The notes: a model not told the origin generated them from the letters alone. Positions 38,701 to 49,762 are shown, numbered from the stretch's first letter. The stretch: 63,951 nt of DNA from Phoronis australis (GCA_002633005.1 NMRA01000497.1:19073-83023); one strand, 5' to 3'. A program made the numbers and translations.

Positions 38701-41700
38701 CCACGTATGTGATGACGAAAGATAAGTAAGTGATCTTGGTACAGCATAATCACTTGGCTCAGTTTTATTATCACCGCTCACCCTGTGGGTCACAGGTGTA
38801 CCTCCAAACCACAAGCAGTGAAACTAGATGCACTTTGTGTCCCACAGGAGGTGCTGTGATTCTGGTATTTCGTCTCTGAATTTTGTATATTATAAAATGG
38901 TGTCCTAAGTTTAATGTTAACCTGTTACTAAGTTTCTCAGATGTAACGAGTTAACTGAAGTTAGCATTTTGATAAACTGGCATAATTATGAAAAGAAGCA
39001 ATCCATTCATTTCCGTTCATCAAAAGTTCAGTGCACAGTCTCAGTGTTAATTCGAAGTGACATGTTTTCGCTGTATCTTGCGTGATACGTAAACTTGTGT
39101 TTTAGTGAAACAAGGACATTTCGAACACCTAAAATTCGCCGATCAATATGGGAAGCTCCGCCCAGGACCCCTACTCCATTCAAGAACGCTTTAGCTGAAT
39201 TAGAAAAGAAAAATGGGGCGGTAAAAGTGTTGGTAAGTTTCTATTTATTCCTCATTGATCAACATTTTAGACTTGATGCGTATTATGTTCAAAACTATAT
39301 AATATATGCCTGTCGTTAGACTTGTTTTAAATGCATATTTCCGATTAAGTGCTTGACGAGCTGTGTTGTTATGGAGTTTTTGTTGGATGAAGGTTCAGCG
39401 TCACCTACAGTTGTCACGTATCCTAATTGCCATTGTGTAAGGATTTGCTCAACTTAAAAGCCAATGTCTTATCTCATCGTGTATCCAACAGAGGTCTCTG
39501 TTGCGCTCTCATTACGATAACGGATTCCATGTTCGTTATTTCTTCCACACGAAGGCAATAACATATGGAACTGGCCCTATTGGGTACGATAGCTTGAGTG
39601 TGTAGACTTTCCATGTGTTGCTTGCAAAGCAATTGTGCACTTTGATTACAGCCAGAAACGCCAAGTCGTCTAGTTGAAGACATCAATGAAGTTATACAAA
39701 GAGACACTGGCTCCACGGCTTTCAACACGGACCCGGGCTCATACAAGAGAAAAAAGAAAGAGGTGTGTGTGGATTGGGCATGGGGGTGGTTATGTGCAGT
39801 CTTTTGAATTATACATTATCGTTTACCAGTTGTTTATTATCAAGCTGAACTGACAGTACGCTGTTACTGAGATTTAATGTGACAAGTTCGACGCGTATTA
39901 CAGCTTTACCGTACTTCCTGTCAGTGGCAGTTTGTTCGTTGCAGAATGTTTCTCCATCCAAAAAGATTCGCTCATCATTAGAAAGCAGGTGGTCTACACC
40001 CGGTGATATAGCAATCCTTCCGCGTGACCACGGCTTTGTGCCAGAGACTCCGGTGAGTGTTGTGCCTCGGGGTGTCCTTTTGGACCACTACCCGTCTTCC
40101 CTTGATTGCCAGTCATTGCCTAGTCTTCTCTGCTTTATTTAAGCGGCGATGACTCTGAGTTGCATAAAAAAATTGTTTTCCGAATTAGACCACCTACCAC
40201 TCTAAAACTGAGCTCAACTTGTTCCTAACTGAGAGAAGATGTGGTGTCTGCTTGGAAAATGACTTCCTTACTTGAGACCAGGCTCTGTGCACAAAATGGC
40301 CCGCCATGACAAGTTGACTTGAAGAGCCAGAAATTACCTCTAATTTGACTTGGGGAAAATTGAGTNCAGCTTTACCGTACTTCCTGTCAGTGGCAGTTTG
40401 TTCGTTGCAGAATGTTTCTCCATCCAAAAAGATTCGCTCGTCATTAGAAAGCAGGTGGTCTACACCCGGTGATATAGCAATCCTTCCGCGTGACCACGGC
40501 TTTGTGCCAGAGACTCCGGTGAGTGTTGTGCCTCGGGGTGTCCTTTTGGACCACTACCCGTCTTCTTTTGATTGCCAGTCATTGCCTAGTCTTCTCTGCT
40601 TTATTTAAGCGGCGATGACTCTGAGTTGCATAAAAAAATTGTTTTCCGAATTAGACCACCTACCACTCTAAAACTGAGCTCAACTTGTTCCTAACCGAGA
40701 GAAGATGTGGTGTCTGCTTGGAAAATGACTTCCTTACTTGAGACCAGGCTCTGTGCACAAAATGGCCCGCCATGACAAGTTGACTTGAAGGGCCAGAAAT
40801 TACCTCTAATTTGACTTGGGGAAAATTGAGTCAGTCGTCTGAATCAAAAGCTCATTTTTTGACGGAAAGTGTGTTTGTAACTGCTTTTACTTGAATTATC
40901 AAGACGAAAGTTTGTGTTTTTTACCCAGTTCATTACTTTCCACACAGGTGGTATAGTAAAATACTACATGGCTTGGATTCGATTTCCTCTTGATTTCCAG
41001 TTGCCTGTTTTTCATCTCCTTTCGTCATTATTTTGACTTTAATAATGCAAAAACGTTTCAGTTAAATTTTACAACACTAAAACTGTTTCCATCACACAAG
41101 GCTATTTATTTGAGGAACAATACATCACCTGGAAAAGTTTCCTCTTTCATTTGTCATTGTTCATTCCAAGCCCTGATACTAGTCAATGAAAACATGGTAT
41201 TAAAAAAATAAGCTCCCCTCCTAGGCCATCCAATAAGTCTCAAAATATCTTGTCTGTCAATTAACTGTAGAAGAGTTAACGTATCGGTGTCACCGTTGTT
41301 TAGCAAATTGGTTTTCCCTGTTGACGCTCAGCTGTGTGACAAAAAGTTTCCTTTGCGTGTATCACGATCAAGAGCTTCTCTTCTCACTGAAGTTTGCTTG
41401 TTGCCAAAGTGTCTTGAATTATTTGAATTCCAAAGCTTTCTGCGTGTTTCTAACTTTTCAAGACACACATTCGCAATGAAGTAGGGGATCCTTCTTTTGT
41501 ACTAATGTTGGTTGCTTTTGTTCAGTTGCACGTGCTTTGTGTGTGAATTAAGGCGTGTTAAGCGTGACTATCGATCTTGTGTACATGATAATGAAATGCT
41601 ACTATTACAATAATTTTGCTTATTGCACTGTTCTCTTGCAGAGTAAGTCCCTGATTGGTGATAACAGTATCGTGTTTTCACCGCCGTCCATTCTCAAGGA

Positions 41701-43979
41701 CACGCTGTCGGCAACTGTCAGTCTTAATGAAGCTTTCACGTTGCCAACGTCGCCGGCCCCTAAGCAAACGGTAAGCGCTCTGTAAATCATTAGTTACTAT
41801 AATTGAGTTCATTTGCTAATTTTGACTTTATTCTAATTTCAGTAAGATACTGGCTGCCCACAAGGCATCTGCACTTATTTAATATTATTGCCTGTAGCGC
41901 TTGGTTATGAACAGATTGTGTAAAGCAAATTAGACTGTTGGCATGGTACATTCAGTACTGGGATGTCATTTACGCTTAGATCTATTCCTTGACCTTTTGA
42001 CCCTTTAGCTTATTCGGCGTGTAGTTAATGAAGCTTTGACTTTCACACACAAAATCAATTTCAGTAGGGCTGTTCCAGCAAAATCTGTATGGGAGGGGGG
42101 GATGGCAGTTAAGATAAAAATTCATGGGTGGTGGTCCTCAGAAAAAGACTAAAATTATGTGTGGTCGTTCTTGTAAGAAGTAAAGCATTAAAACTAGGTG
42201 GTATTCTTTGACCTGTAAATGTTGAGAGGTTGGTATTTTCAACCAAATACATCTCAAAAGAAATCAAAACTCACCAAAAATTCACCTGGCAAAAAAATAA
42301 CCCAGAACAAAAAAACAAGCCCATGTTGCTAGTGTACGGAGTGCAATATGTACACTACGCCATTACTCAAGTCATGGGCAACTTGATTACAAGCACATGT
42401 TGTACTGCAGTCATATTGGAATGAAAATTTCTGCAACACTAAACTGGTGATGATTTTTAAATAAAAAGTGTGAGGAGTAAGATAGACAAGTTCCAATATT
42501 CATTTGACATAGCAGTCTAATTTAAGCATTGGTGGAGACAGTTTGAGATTCATAGATCCATGAAATTGAAAAAATCTTATTGAAATTACAGAGACACCTG
42601 GTGGCTGCCAAAAGTATTGCTCACAGGTGTCTTTGAAAGGCAAGTTTCTGGTAACTGATATGAATTGTGATCTCACATGGAATTTTTCTGCACTCACAAA
42701 AACTTTGTGGTCGGTATGTCTCATTTCTTGTCCATCAATTATCTCAAGAACCGCTTGGCAGATCATAATGAAATTTGGTGTAGAGGTACTTGGCAAGGAT
42801 GCGCCTGCACCAGTCGATTTGCGGGCAGATTTGGCAACCTTGGTACCCCATGTTGGCCGGTTTAGTTTTCGACAAGCCATTCCTTATGTATTGATTATCT
42901 CAAAAACTGCTTCACTGATCACGATGAAATTCGAAATAGAAGTATATCGCAAGAATGTGCTGGCACCAGTCACTTTTGGATGCGCTGAATTAAACTACTG
43001 TGGCACCCCCTTAGTTTTTGACTGCTCAAGTCATTGCTTGTCCCTCGATCATCTTGAAACTGCTTAACAGATCATGGTGACATTTGGCATAGAGATAGAT
43101 GATTGGTATGTGCTGACACCAGTCAATTTTTGGACAGATTTGGCTACTGTAGCACCCCCTGTGGGGCACTTTAGTTTTTGACAAGTTGATTATCTCAAAA
43201 AGTGCTAGGCACAACTGGAAATTTGGCACAAAAATATATAGCAGGGATGGATGCGTTGACAGAAGTCATTTTCGTTTTGATTCGACCACCCTCTTGACTA
43301 CTTTAATTTTTGACAATATTGGACAAGGCAACTAGTTCTTGCCTGTCAATCATCTAAGTTCTTAACAGGTCATCCTGGAGGCAATTTCTTTGCAAGTGTT
43401 GGATTTTATATTTTAACCTATTAAAAAATTATGGGTCGTGGGTTGGAGAAATAAATGAAAAATATGGGCGGTGGGTACAAAATAAAGGTACCTTCCTTGC
43501 TCCCATACATTGTTTGCTGGAACAGCCCTTACCTTTCCTTCATCCAGTTATTGTCATCTCAGTACATGTATTTTGTAAACACTTCCCAAATGCCTTGTGA
43601 CAATCGACATGAAATCTGTTTTGCAAATTGTCGATAATTTCAAACACTCCACATATGCAATTTGGTGCTTTGTGGTATTAACGAGATATCGAGTGCCGAA
43701 GTGAGATAAAATAACAATGAAGCGGTTTATTTAGCCAAAAGTAACACTTTTGAAATACATTCCAACTGCAGTATAACCATCATATTCGCACAGCACGTGT
43801 GATGTTGTGACTCAAGTTACTGAAGTCTTAGGCAATGGATTGATCGTCAGTGTGTCCCATTCTTGCAGATTTCCGTGTCTTGGGAGACAGTGGCATGTGG
43901 CAGAACTCTGGATCAGCTACAAATGACAGAACAAGCGCGCTATCTGCTGAAAACAAAACCACGCTCGCTGGTACTTTGA
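26749..43979 (+). CDS. Myb: Three-repeat (R1R2R3) animal Myb transcription factor, A-/B-Myb-like, about 652 aa, whole spliced model
   Basis: Exons 26749-26771, 28604-28721, 29789-29941, 30662-30765, 31702-31830, 32670-32835, 33215-33360, 34701-34843, 35571-35707, 36201-36332, 38604-38725, 39106-39232, 39652-39762, 39945-40052, 41642-41770, 43869-43979; phase-consistent, 1959 nt. Hallmarks: DHDYD, QCQHRWQKVLNPELIKGPWTKEED, GKQCRERWHNHLNP, PGRTDNAIKNHWNSTMRRK, LPFSPSQFLN, PRTPTPFKNAL, WETVACGRTLDQLQMTEQAR. Confidence 0.96.
28604..28721 (+). CDS. Myb: Myb exon 2
   Basis: TSDEDSDDGDHFDHDYD...KGRWTKDE. Confidence 0.93.
29199..29451. mobile_element. MITE, TIR CAGGGCTTGGAAT, 6-bp TSD CTGATA
   Basis: Perfect 13-bp TIR; CTGATA at 29193-29198 and 29452-29457. 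Confidence 0.88.
29789..29941 (+). CDS. Myb: Myb exon 3 (R1 and start of R2)
   Basis: DEKLKK...QCQHRWQKVLNPELIKGPWTKE. Confidence 0.96.
30662..30765 (+). CDS. Myb: Myb exon 4 (R2)
   Basis: EDEKVLQLVRIHGPKRWTLISKQLKGRTGKQCRE. Confidence 0.96.
30970..31193. mobile_element. MITE, same TIR family, 6-bp TSD TTGAAC
   Basis: CAGGGCTTGGAAT..CATTCCAAGTTTG; TTGAAC at 30964-30969 and 31194-31199. Confidence 0.8.
31702..31830 (+). CDS. Myb: Myb exon 5 (R2/R3)
   Basis: WHNHLNPEIKKCAWTEEEDRLIYQLHKRMGNRWAEIAKYLPG. Confidence 0.96.
32670..32835 (+). CDS. Myb: Myb exon 6 (end of R3)
   Basis: TDNAIKNHWNSTMRRKFE; GTAAGT donor. Confidence 0.95.
33215..33360 (+). CDS. Myb: Myb exon 7
   Basis: STSSNLASGSS...SGIVSPL; open, phase 0 to 2, GTGAGT donor. 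Confidence 0.8.
33709..33887. mobile_element. About 180-bp MITE, TIR AATTGACCTAT
   Basis: Inverted copy of 7923-8096. Confidence 0.8.
34701..34843 (+). CDS. Myb: Myb exon 8
   Basis: CIPEFAEAI...VTPIKF; phase 2 to 1. Confidence 0.88.
35571..35707 (+). CDS. Myb: Myb exon 9
   Basis: GYRFDGHAISSL...TPTILRKSKRKRA (basic NLS-like stretch). Confidence 0.85.
36201..36332 (+). CDS. Myb: Myb exon 10
   Basis: TPKGTPIKLLPFSPSQ, conserved Myb C-terminal region. Confidence 0.92.
36526..37971 (+). mobile_element. Non-autonomous Helentron/HINE (DINE-1-like) element in Myb intron 10
   Basis: 5' perfect hairpin TACTTGGCGGAATTC-TTC-GAATTCCGCCAAGTA; poly-T; internal direct repeats; 3' subterminal AATTCCGCCAAGT (37936-37948) then hairpin CGCTC-CTCC-GAGCG and CTCGT; T-rich flanks. 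Confidence 0.8.
38604..38725 (+). CDS. Myb: Myb exon 11
   Basis: FLNSPD...VTSTPVC; GTAAGT donor. Confidence 0.92.
39106..39232 (+). CDS. Myb: Myb exon 12
   Basis: FRTPKIRRSIWEAPPRTPTPFKNALAELEKK. Confidence 0.94.
39652..39762 (+). CDS. Myb: Myb exon 13
   Basis: PETPSRLVEDINEVI...KRKKKE; phase 0 to 0. Confidence 0.9.
39901..40831. repeat. 465-bp tandem duplication across the N at 40366 (probable assembly/haplotype overlap)
   Basis: 39901-40365 nearly identical to 40367-40831, with only a few substitutions. Confidence 0.9.
39945..40052 (+). CDS. Myb: Myb exon 14 (second copy at 40411-40518)
   Basis: NVSPSKKIRSSLESRWSTPG...VPETP; GTGAGT donor. Confidence 0.88.
40967..41175. mobile_element. 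MITE, CAGGGCTTGGA family, 6-bp TSD ATACTA
   Basis: CATGGCTTGGA..ATTCCAAGCCCTG; ATACTA at 40961-40966 and 41176-41181. Confidence 0.8.
41642..41770 (+). CDS. Myb: Myb exon 15
   Basis: SKSLIGDNSIVFSPPSILKDTL; phase 0 to 0. Confidence 0.88.
42067..43528. mobile_element. Non-autonomous TIR element (Harbinger-like GGGC ends) carrying a nested HINE-like repeat at about 42684-43337
   Basis: GGGCTGTTCCAGCAAA..TGTATGGGAG inverted at 43500-43528; flanks GTA/TTA; nested part has repeated ATTATCTCAA..GAAATTTGG units and ends ACTAGTT. Confidence 0.7.
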
Positions 43980-46001
43980 TTCCTTACTCAGTCGTGACGT
44001 GGTAGTTTGATTGGTTTGACAGTCGCGTACAAACTCTGTACNGGCAGTTAAAATAAAAATTCATGGGTGGTGGTCTTCAGAAAAAAAAATTAATTATGGG
44101 TGGCCGTTCTTCTAAAAGTAAAGCATTAAAACTGGGTGGTATTCTTTGACCTGTAAATATTGAGAGGTTGGTATTTTCAACCAAATACATCTCAAAAGAA
44201 ATCAAAACTCACCAAAAATTCACCTGGCAAAAATATCCCAGAACAAAAAAACAAGCCCATGTTGCTAGTGCACGGAGTGCAATATGTACACTACGCCATT
44301 AATCAAGTCACGGGTAACTTGATTACAAGCACATGTTGTACTGCAGTCATATTGGAATGAAAATTTCTGCAACACTAAACTGGTGTTAACACATGTAAGT
44401 AAATTGATGATTTTTAAATAAAAAGTGTGAGGAGTAAGATAGACAAGTTCCAATATTCATTTGACATAGCAGTCTAATTAAGCATTGGTGGAGACAGTTT
44501 GAGATTCATAGATCCATGAAATTGAAAAAATCTTATTGAAATTACAGAGACACCTGGTGGCTGCCAAAGGTATTGCTCACAGGTGTCTTTGAAAGGCAAG
44601 TTTCTGGTAACTGATATGAATTGTGATCTCACATGGAATTTTTCTGCACTCACAAAAACTTTGTGGTCGGTATGTCTCATAATTTCTTGTCCATCAATTA
44701 TCTCAAGAACCGCTTGGCAGATCATGATGAAATTTGGTGTAGAGGCACTTGGCAAGGATGCGCCTGCACCAGTCGATTTGCGGGCGGATTTGGCAACCTT
44801 GGTACCCACATGTTGGCCGCTTTAGTTTTCGACAAGCCATTCCTTATGTATTGATTATCTCAAAAACTGCTTCACTGATCACGATGAAATTCGAAATAGA
44901 AGTATATCGCAAGAATGTGCTGGCACCAGTCACTTTTGGATGCGCTGAATTAAACTACTGTGGCACACCCTTAGTTTTTGACTGCTCAAGTCATTGCTTG
45001 TCCCTCGATCATCTTGAAACTGCTTAACAGATCATGGTGACATTTGGCATAGAGATAGATGATTGGTATGTGCTGACACCAGTCAATTTTTGGACAGATT
45101 TGGCTACTGTAGCACCCCCTGTGGGGCACTTTAGTTTTTGACAAGTTGATTATCTCAAAAAGTGCTAGGCACAACTGGAAATTTGGCACAAAAATATATA
45201 GCAGGGATGGATGCGTTGACAGAAGTCATTTTCGTTTTGATTCGACCACCCTCTTGACTACTTTAATTTTTGACAATATTGGACAAGGCAACTAGTTCTT
45301 GCCTGTCAATCATCTAAGTTCTTAACAGGTCATCCTGGAGGCAATTTCTTTGCAAGTGTTGGATTTTATATTTTAACCTATTAAAAAATTATGGGTCGTG
45401 GGTTGGAGAAATAAATGAAAAATATGGGCGGTGGGTACAAAATAAAGGTACCTTCCTTGCTCCCATACATTGTTTGCTGGAACAGCCCTTACCTTTCCTT
45501 CATCCAGTTATTGTCATCTCAGTACATGTATTTTGTAAACACTTCCCAAATGCCTTGTGACAATCGACATGAAATCTGTTTTGCAAATTGTCGATAATTT
45601 CAAACACTACACATATGCAATTTGGTGCTTTGTGGTATTAACGAGATATCGAGTGCCGAAGTGAGATAAAATAACAATGAAGCGGTTTATTTAGCCAAAA
45701 GTAACACTTTTGAAATACATTCCAACTGCAGTATAACCATCATATTCGCACAGCACGTGTGATGTTGTGACTCAAGTTACTGAAGTCTTAGGCAATGGAT
45801 TGATCGTCAGTGTGTCCCATTCTTGCAGATTTCCGTGTCTTGGGAGACAGTGGCATGTGGCAGAACTCTGGATCAGCTACAAATGACAGAACAAGCGCGC
45901 TATCTGCTGAAAACAAAACCACGCTCGCTGGTACTTTGATTCCTTACTCAGTCGTGACGTGGTAGTTTGATTGGTTTGACAGTCGCGTACAAACTCTGTA
46001 C
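42104..46001. repeat. About 1.95-kb tandem duplication across the N at 44042, including the Myb terminal exon (probable assembly/haplotype overlap)
   Basis: 42104-44041 versus 44043-46001; SNPs and indels in the first 0.75 kb, almost identical afterwards. Confidence 0.9.
43869..43979 (+). CDS. Myb: Myb terminal exon, MuvB-binding-type C-terminus (second copy at 45829-45939)
   Basis: ISVSWETVACGRTLDQLQMTEQARYLLKTKPRSLVL-stop. Confidence 0.92.
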   Translation: MSVSWETVACGRTLDQLQMTEQARYLLKTKPRSLVL

Positions 46002-47638
46002 AGTGTACAAATGTCTGCATGTCGCAACTGCCCTCTGTAGGATTCTGTTTACACACACCTAGACAGATGAATTGTGGAAATGTGGCCTGTTGAATGAAAC
46101 AGTCCCAATAGGGAATCAATTATGTTCCCTAAATATCAGCACATTTAGAGACTTTGTTCACTAATGTTATATTTTTGTATCACTTAATACTTATTGTGAA
46201 CTCTTATTGTACTTACATTTTCTGATAATATAGCTGAAAACTGAGTCCTTGTTTCAATGAAAAGAAATAGGGACTAAGTCCTTATATATGTGGTGTTGCG
46301 TGAAAGTTCCATTTATTTTCAGTAATATTGACACTAAAGTGTACATTTTACTTTCGAGGTAGTAATGAAGATAAAAGAACAGAAGAGATAATCAGTCATT
46401 ATCAAAAGTTCACAAATGCGTTAAAAATTTAGGCAACTTAGTTTACTTCCTACTGGGACTGTTTCTTACGACTGACCCCTGTACCCTTCATTCTCTCGCA
46501 CCACTGTTCATTACTTAAGGCAATTCATCATTCCATGTGTGCGTAAGAGGAACCATAGAAGTGTACATTCTTTGTGTAAGTTTTATAACCAGTGGCTATG
46601 TTGAGTTAGCGTTGATTTTATCACTTTCATGTCTTTAACATCACTTCAGTTCGACATACTATCCATCCTAGAGCCCTTAGAATTAAATCTGTAAGTTAAT
46701 CTTAATCTTATTTATTAATACATTGAGCTGTGTTTTGTCTGTTTTGTGACTGTTGTTGGCTTATTGTGATGCTTATGTCCTCTCTCTGTTCATCTGTAAT
46801 ACAAATATACGAGGCCACTGTGTTGATAAGCAAGTGATCATGTATTCACTATAGTTTGTAATATGATCGAGGCAAGTTCTGTCATCTGTCTCTTGTATGC
46901 TTCAGAAATAAACCCACAGTTATCCTCAAATTTGTCGCAATCAATTATGAAGCACAGCCTTGGTGCATTCACCCAAATTTTTTTCTGCACCAAGTTTTCT
47001 TTAAGGTTATGGAGGACCTTATTGACAAATCTGTATGTAGACAAATATATACAAATAATTTTAACTCTGAAATGTATTTTCTGAAAGTACAAAGCCTGAA
47101 ATTTTTTCTATTGACTTTTTACCAATTTCACATTAATTGGGTGACATGATCAGATATATTTTAATAAAATTCAGCAAAAAAGGTACATCCATAGCGAAAC
47201 TATCAATAACATGACCAAACTTCATTTGATATAAATTTTCAAGATAAAACTCAAAAACGCTTATATAGTTTTCTTAATGATTTCGTTATGTGTAACTACT
47301 TTTTTATCAAAAAGTCGTATTTTTATTGCCTCGTGCTGCAAAAATGGAACATTTTTAAAGCAATGCATGGATCTGGGTATTTGTAAATTTCATGTGAATT
47401 CAATCTGCCAAAGTTTGCCAAATTTAGATCTTTAAGTTCCTACATAACCTTTAACACATGCTTTGTTAAACACAGCATTAAGATTGTTAAATCCAAATAT
47501 AATGTGTTTACCAAAGTAGTATATTGCGTAATCATACTCGTGTGACAACTTTACTGGCCATCTTTTTTACAAATGACTTATGATAAATTACAGATTAATA
47601 CGCAGCTAAATGAATTACATCTGAATATCACGGTTCGT

Positions 47639-49762
47639 TTAATAATTTACAACTGAGGTGTTAATTTCTACTGTACAGCCTTCGTCCTCTTCTTCGGAAT
47701 CCGAATATTTCCACATTTTGCTCGATGGCAGCTTCGTGGCTGTACTGGGACCTTGCTCACAAGTGGAGTACACACTCGCGGCACGATTCTCAAACAGCAT
47801 TCCTGATGACAAACTGTCATTGCTGGACGAGAATAGACCCACTTCGCTGTCACTTTTCAGTCGATGGATTTTATTGTATCTCCTTATAATTAGGTATAGA
47901 GCGATGCTAATCAGTAGGAACAGACCAATGACGCCAAGGGATATCCCCGTGATGTAGTGCTTCAAGTCCGTTATACCTAACAACGAGAAATCGGAGTCTC
48001 TGGTCTTCACTTGTTTGCAGTTGGCGTTCAATGCGTTTTTGGTTTTTATGCATAAAATGTAAAGGGTGTTGGGTTTCAAGTGACTGGCTGTAGTTGATTT
48101 CAAATGGGCGCCAACACTGACCGATGTTTCGTTCAACTCGCCTTCTTTTCTATATGTTACCACGAAGTCGGCCTTGGTGTCGGTGTGTCTCCAACTAAAT
48201 CTAATAAATGTGTCGCCAATGCGTAAAACCACGATTTCTGCCTGTAGCTTGTCAATTTCAACAACCACGTTTTTCCTCCTAACACCTTCACTGTTTTTCG
48301 CCACACACGTATAATTTCCCGTTGTCCCATTAACAACATGTTTTATGTACAGTGTTCCCGAGGAATCCACAGCCCATAAACCGTCTGACTGCCCTGTTGT
48401 TAAGAATCGTCCAGTGGGAATTTTCCACATAACTACTGGTTTCGGAAGTCCAAATGCACGACAAATCAATTTGGCGCGCTTTCCTTCGTTAACAGTAACA
48501 GGCCTCGTTAAATCAGGAATGCTTGGGGCACAGGTTTTTCCAAGGAAAGATAGGCCAACGTCCTCGAGAGAATGCGTGTTTCCGTGACCGTCAGTACACG
48601 ATAGCATCTGCTTCAGAAAACTTACATTTAGCGCTTCTGTTACCATCTCTTCTCTAATCCAATGGAGATTGCAGTCGCACACAAAGGGGTTACCAGCCAA
48701 AACAAGTTCGTGTAACGACGGCAAATCTGATATCATCTCCTTCTCCACAACGGTCAGACCGTTCCCCGACACATCCAGAAGTCGAAGATTTGGTAGTCCC
48801 ACGAATGCTGCAGAGTCGATGTATTTCAAGTGAACGTTATCTTTCATTTCCAAGGAGGTTAGATGCTGTAGATGGTGGAACGATTCTCTTTGCACAATTT
48901 CCAAAGCCATGTCGTTCATTTTCAACCCGGATACTAACAATTTAGAAACACTGTTCTTAACCAGTCTTCGCACAGGGTTGCTGCTAAAGTCTAGTTCAAA
49001 TGGATCGCCTAATTTCAACAGCGCACCGGTTGGGAGAGCCGTGAAGTTGTTATTCCCCAGGTTAATTGTACGAAGGCTGTGCAAGCCCTTAAGACCATTT
49101 CGGTCAATAGATTTTAGTTTGTTCCAACTGAGATCTAATGTCACTAGTCGTCTCAGAGGCTGGAAAGTGTTTCCAGGGATATGTTGGAAGTTGTTCCGAG
49201 ACAAATTTAAGTATTCGAGTTTGTAAATGTCTCTGAAGCTGTTACTGTAAACGTATTGCAGTTTGTTGTTTGATAAGTCCAGAAAGAGCAATCGATTCAA
49301 ACCCCAAAATGCCACGGTGTCAATATAGTGAATTTGGTTTTGCTCTAATGATAATCGTAGTAAATTATGTAGATTTCCGAAGAAATGTCCTCTCAACGCT
49401 TTGATGTAGACGCGCTTCAACGATAGAGATGTTATCGTGTCGTCGAGTGTGACGTCCTGTAGGTCTCGCATGACGCTATCGGTAATCGACAGGTACGTCA
49501 GATTGTTGTGTTGCGTGACGTCATTCAAGATTTCCAACAAGTGTTCTTGCCCCATGTTTTCCAGTACAACTCTATGAACTCGACCATTCCATGTATCATT
49601 TAGACTAGCGCCGTTCCCTGAACACTGAAGGAAGCAGGGTCGTTGTTGCTCATGCCATGTGAAGTTTGGCATGCAGCTGCAGCCACCATTTGGATCAGTT
49701 TGTTCTGTGTACGCTGTTGGCCACCGGCACAGAGCCAGTACCAAGAAAGCACCTCCGAACAT
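47639..49762 (-). CDS. Leucine-rich repeat neuronal protein-like (LRRN/NLRR): signal peptide, LRRs, LRRCT, Ig, FN3, transmembrane helix, short cytoplasmic tail; 707 aa, single coding exon
   Basis: Hydrophobic N-terminus; LxxLxLxxN repeats; GNPFVCDCNLHWI; LICRAFGLPKPVVMW..GNYTCVAKN; IRFSW..HLKPNTLYILCI; TM ITGISLGVIGLFLLISIALYLII followed by RRYNK. Confidence 0.93.
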   Translation of the reverse strand: MFGGAFLVLALCRWPTAYTEQTDPNGGCSCMPNFTWHEQQRPCFLQCSGNGASLNDTWNGRVHRVVLENMGQEHLLEILNDVTQHNNLTYLSITDSVMRDLQDVTLDDTITSLSLKRVYIKALRGHFFGNLHNLLRLSLEQNQIHYIDTVAFWGLNRLLFLDLSNNKLQYVYSNSFRDIYKLEYLNLSRNNFQHIPGNTFQPLRRLVTLDLSWNKLKSIDRNGLKGLHSLRTINLGNNNFTALPTGALLKLGDPFELDFSSNPVRRLVKNSVSKLLVSGLKMNDMALEIVQRESFHHLQHLTSLEMKDNVHLKYIDSAAFVGLPNLRLLDVSGNGLTVVEKEMISDLPSLHELVLAGNPFVCDCNLHWIREEMVTEALNVSFLKQMLSCTDGHGNTHSLEDVGLSFLGKTCAPSIPDLTRPVTVNEGKRAKLICRAFGLPKPVVMWKIPTGRFLTTGQSDGLWAVDSSGTLYIKHVVNGTTGNYTCVAKNSEGVRRKNVVVEIDKLQAEIVVLRIGDTFIRFSWRHTDTKADFVVTYRKEGELNETSVSVGAHLKSTTASHLKPNTLYILCIKTKNALNANCKQVKTRDSDFSLLGITDLKHYITGISLGVIGLFLLISIALYLIIRRYNKIHRLKSDSEVGLFSSSNDSLSSGMLFENRAASVYSTCEQGPSTATKLPSSKMWKYSDSEEEDEGCTVEINTSVVNY

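Noticed and set aside
42230-45597. Paired ORFs of 60-146 aa that look like a duplicated gene cluster
   Set aside because: They are chance frames in intronic repeats, doubled by the duplication across the N at 44042
47658-49226. Plus-strand ORFs opposite the LRRN-like CDS
   Set aside because: Antisense shadows with no independent coding signal
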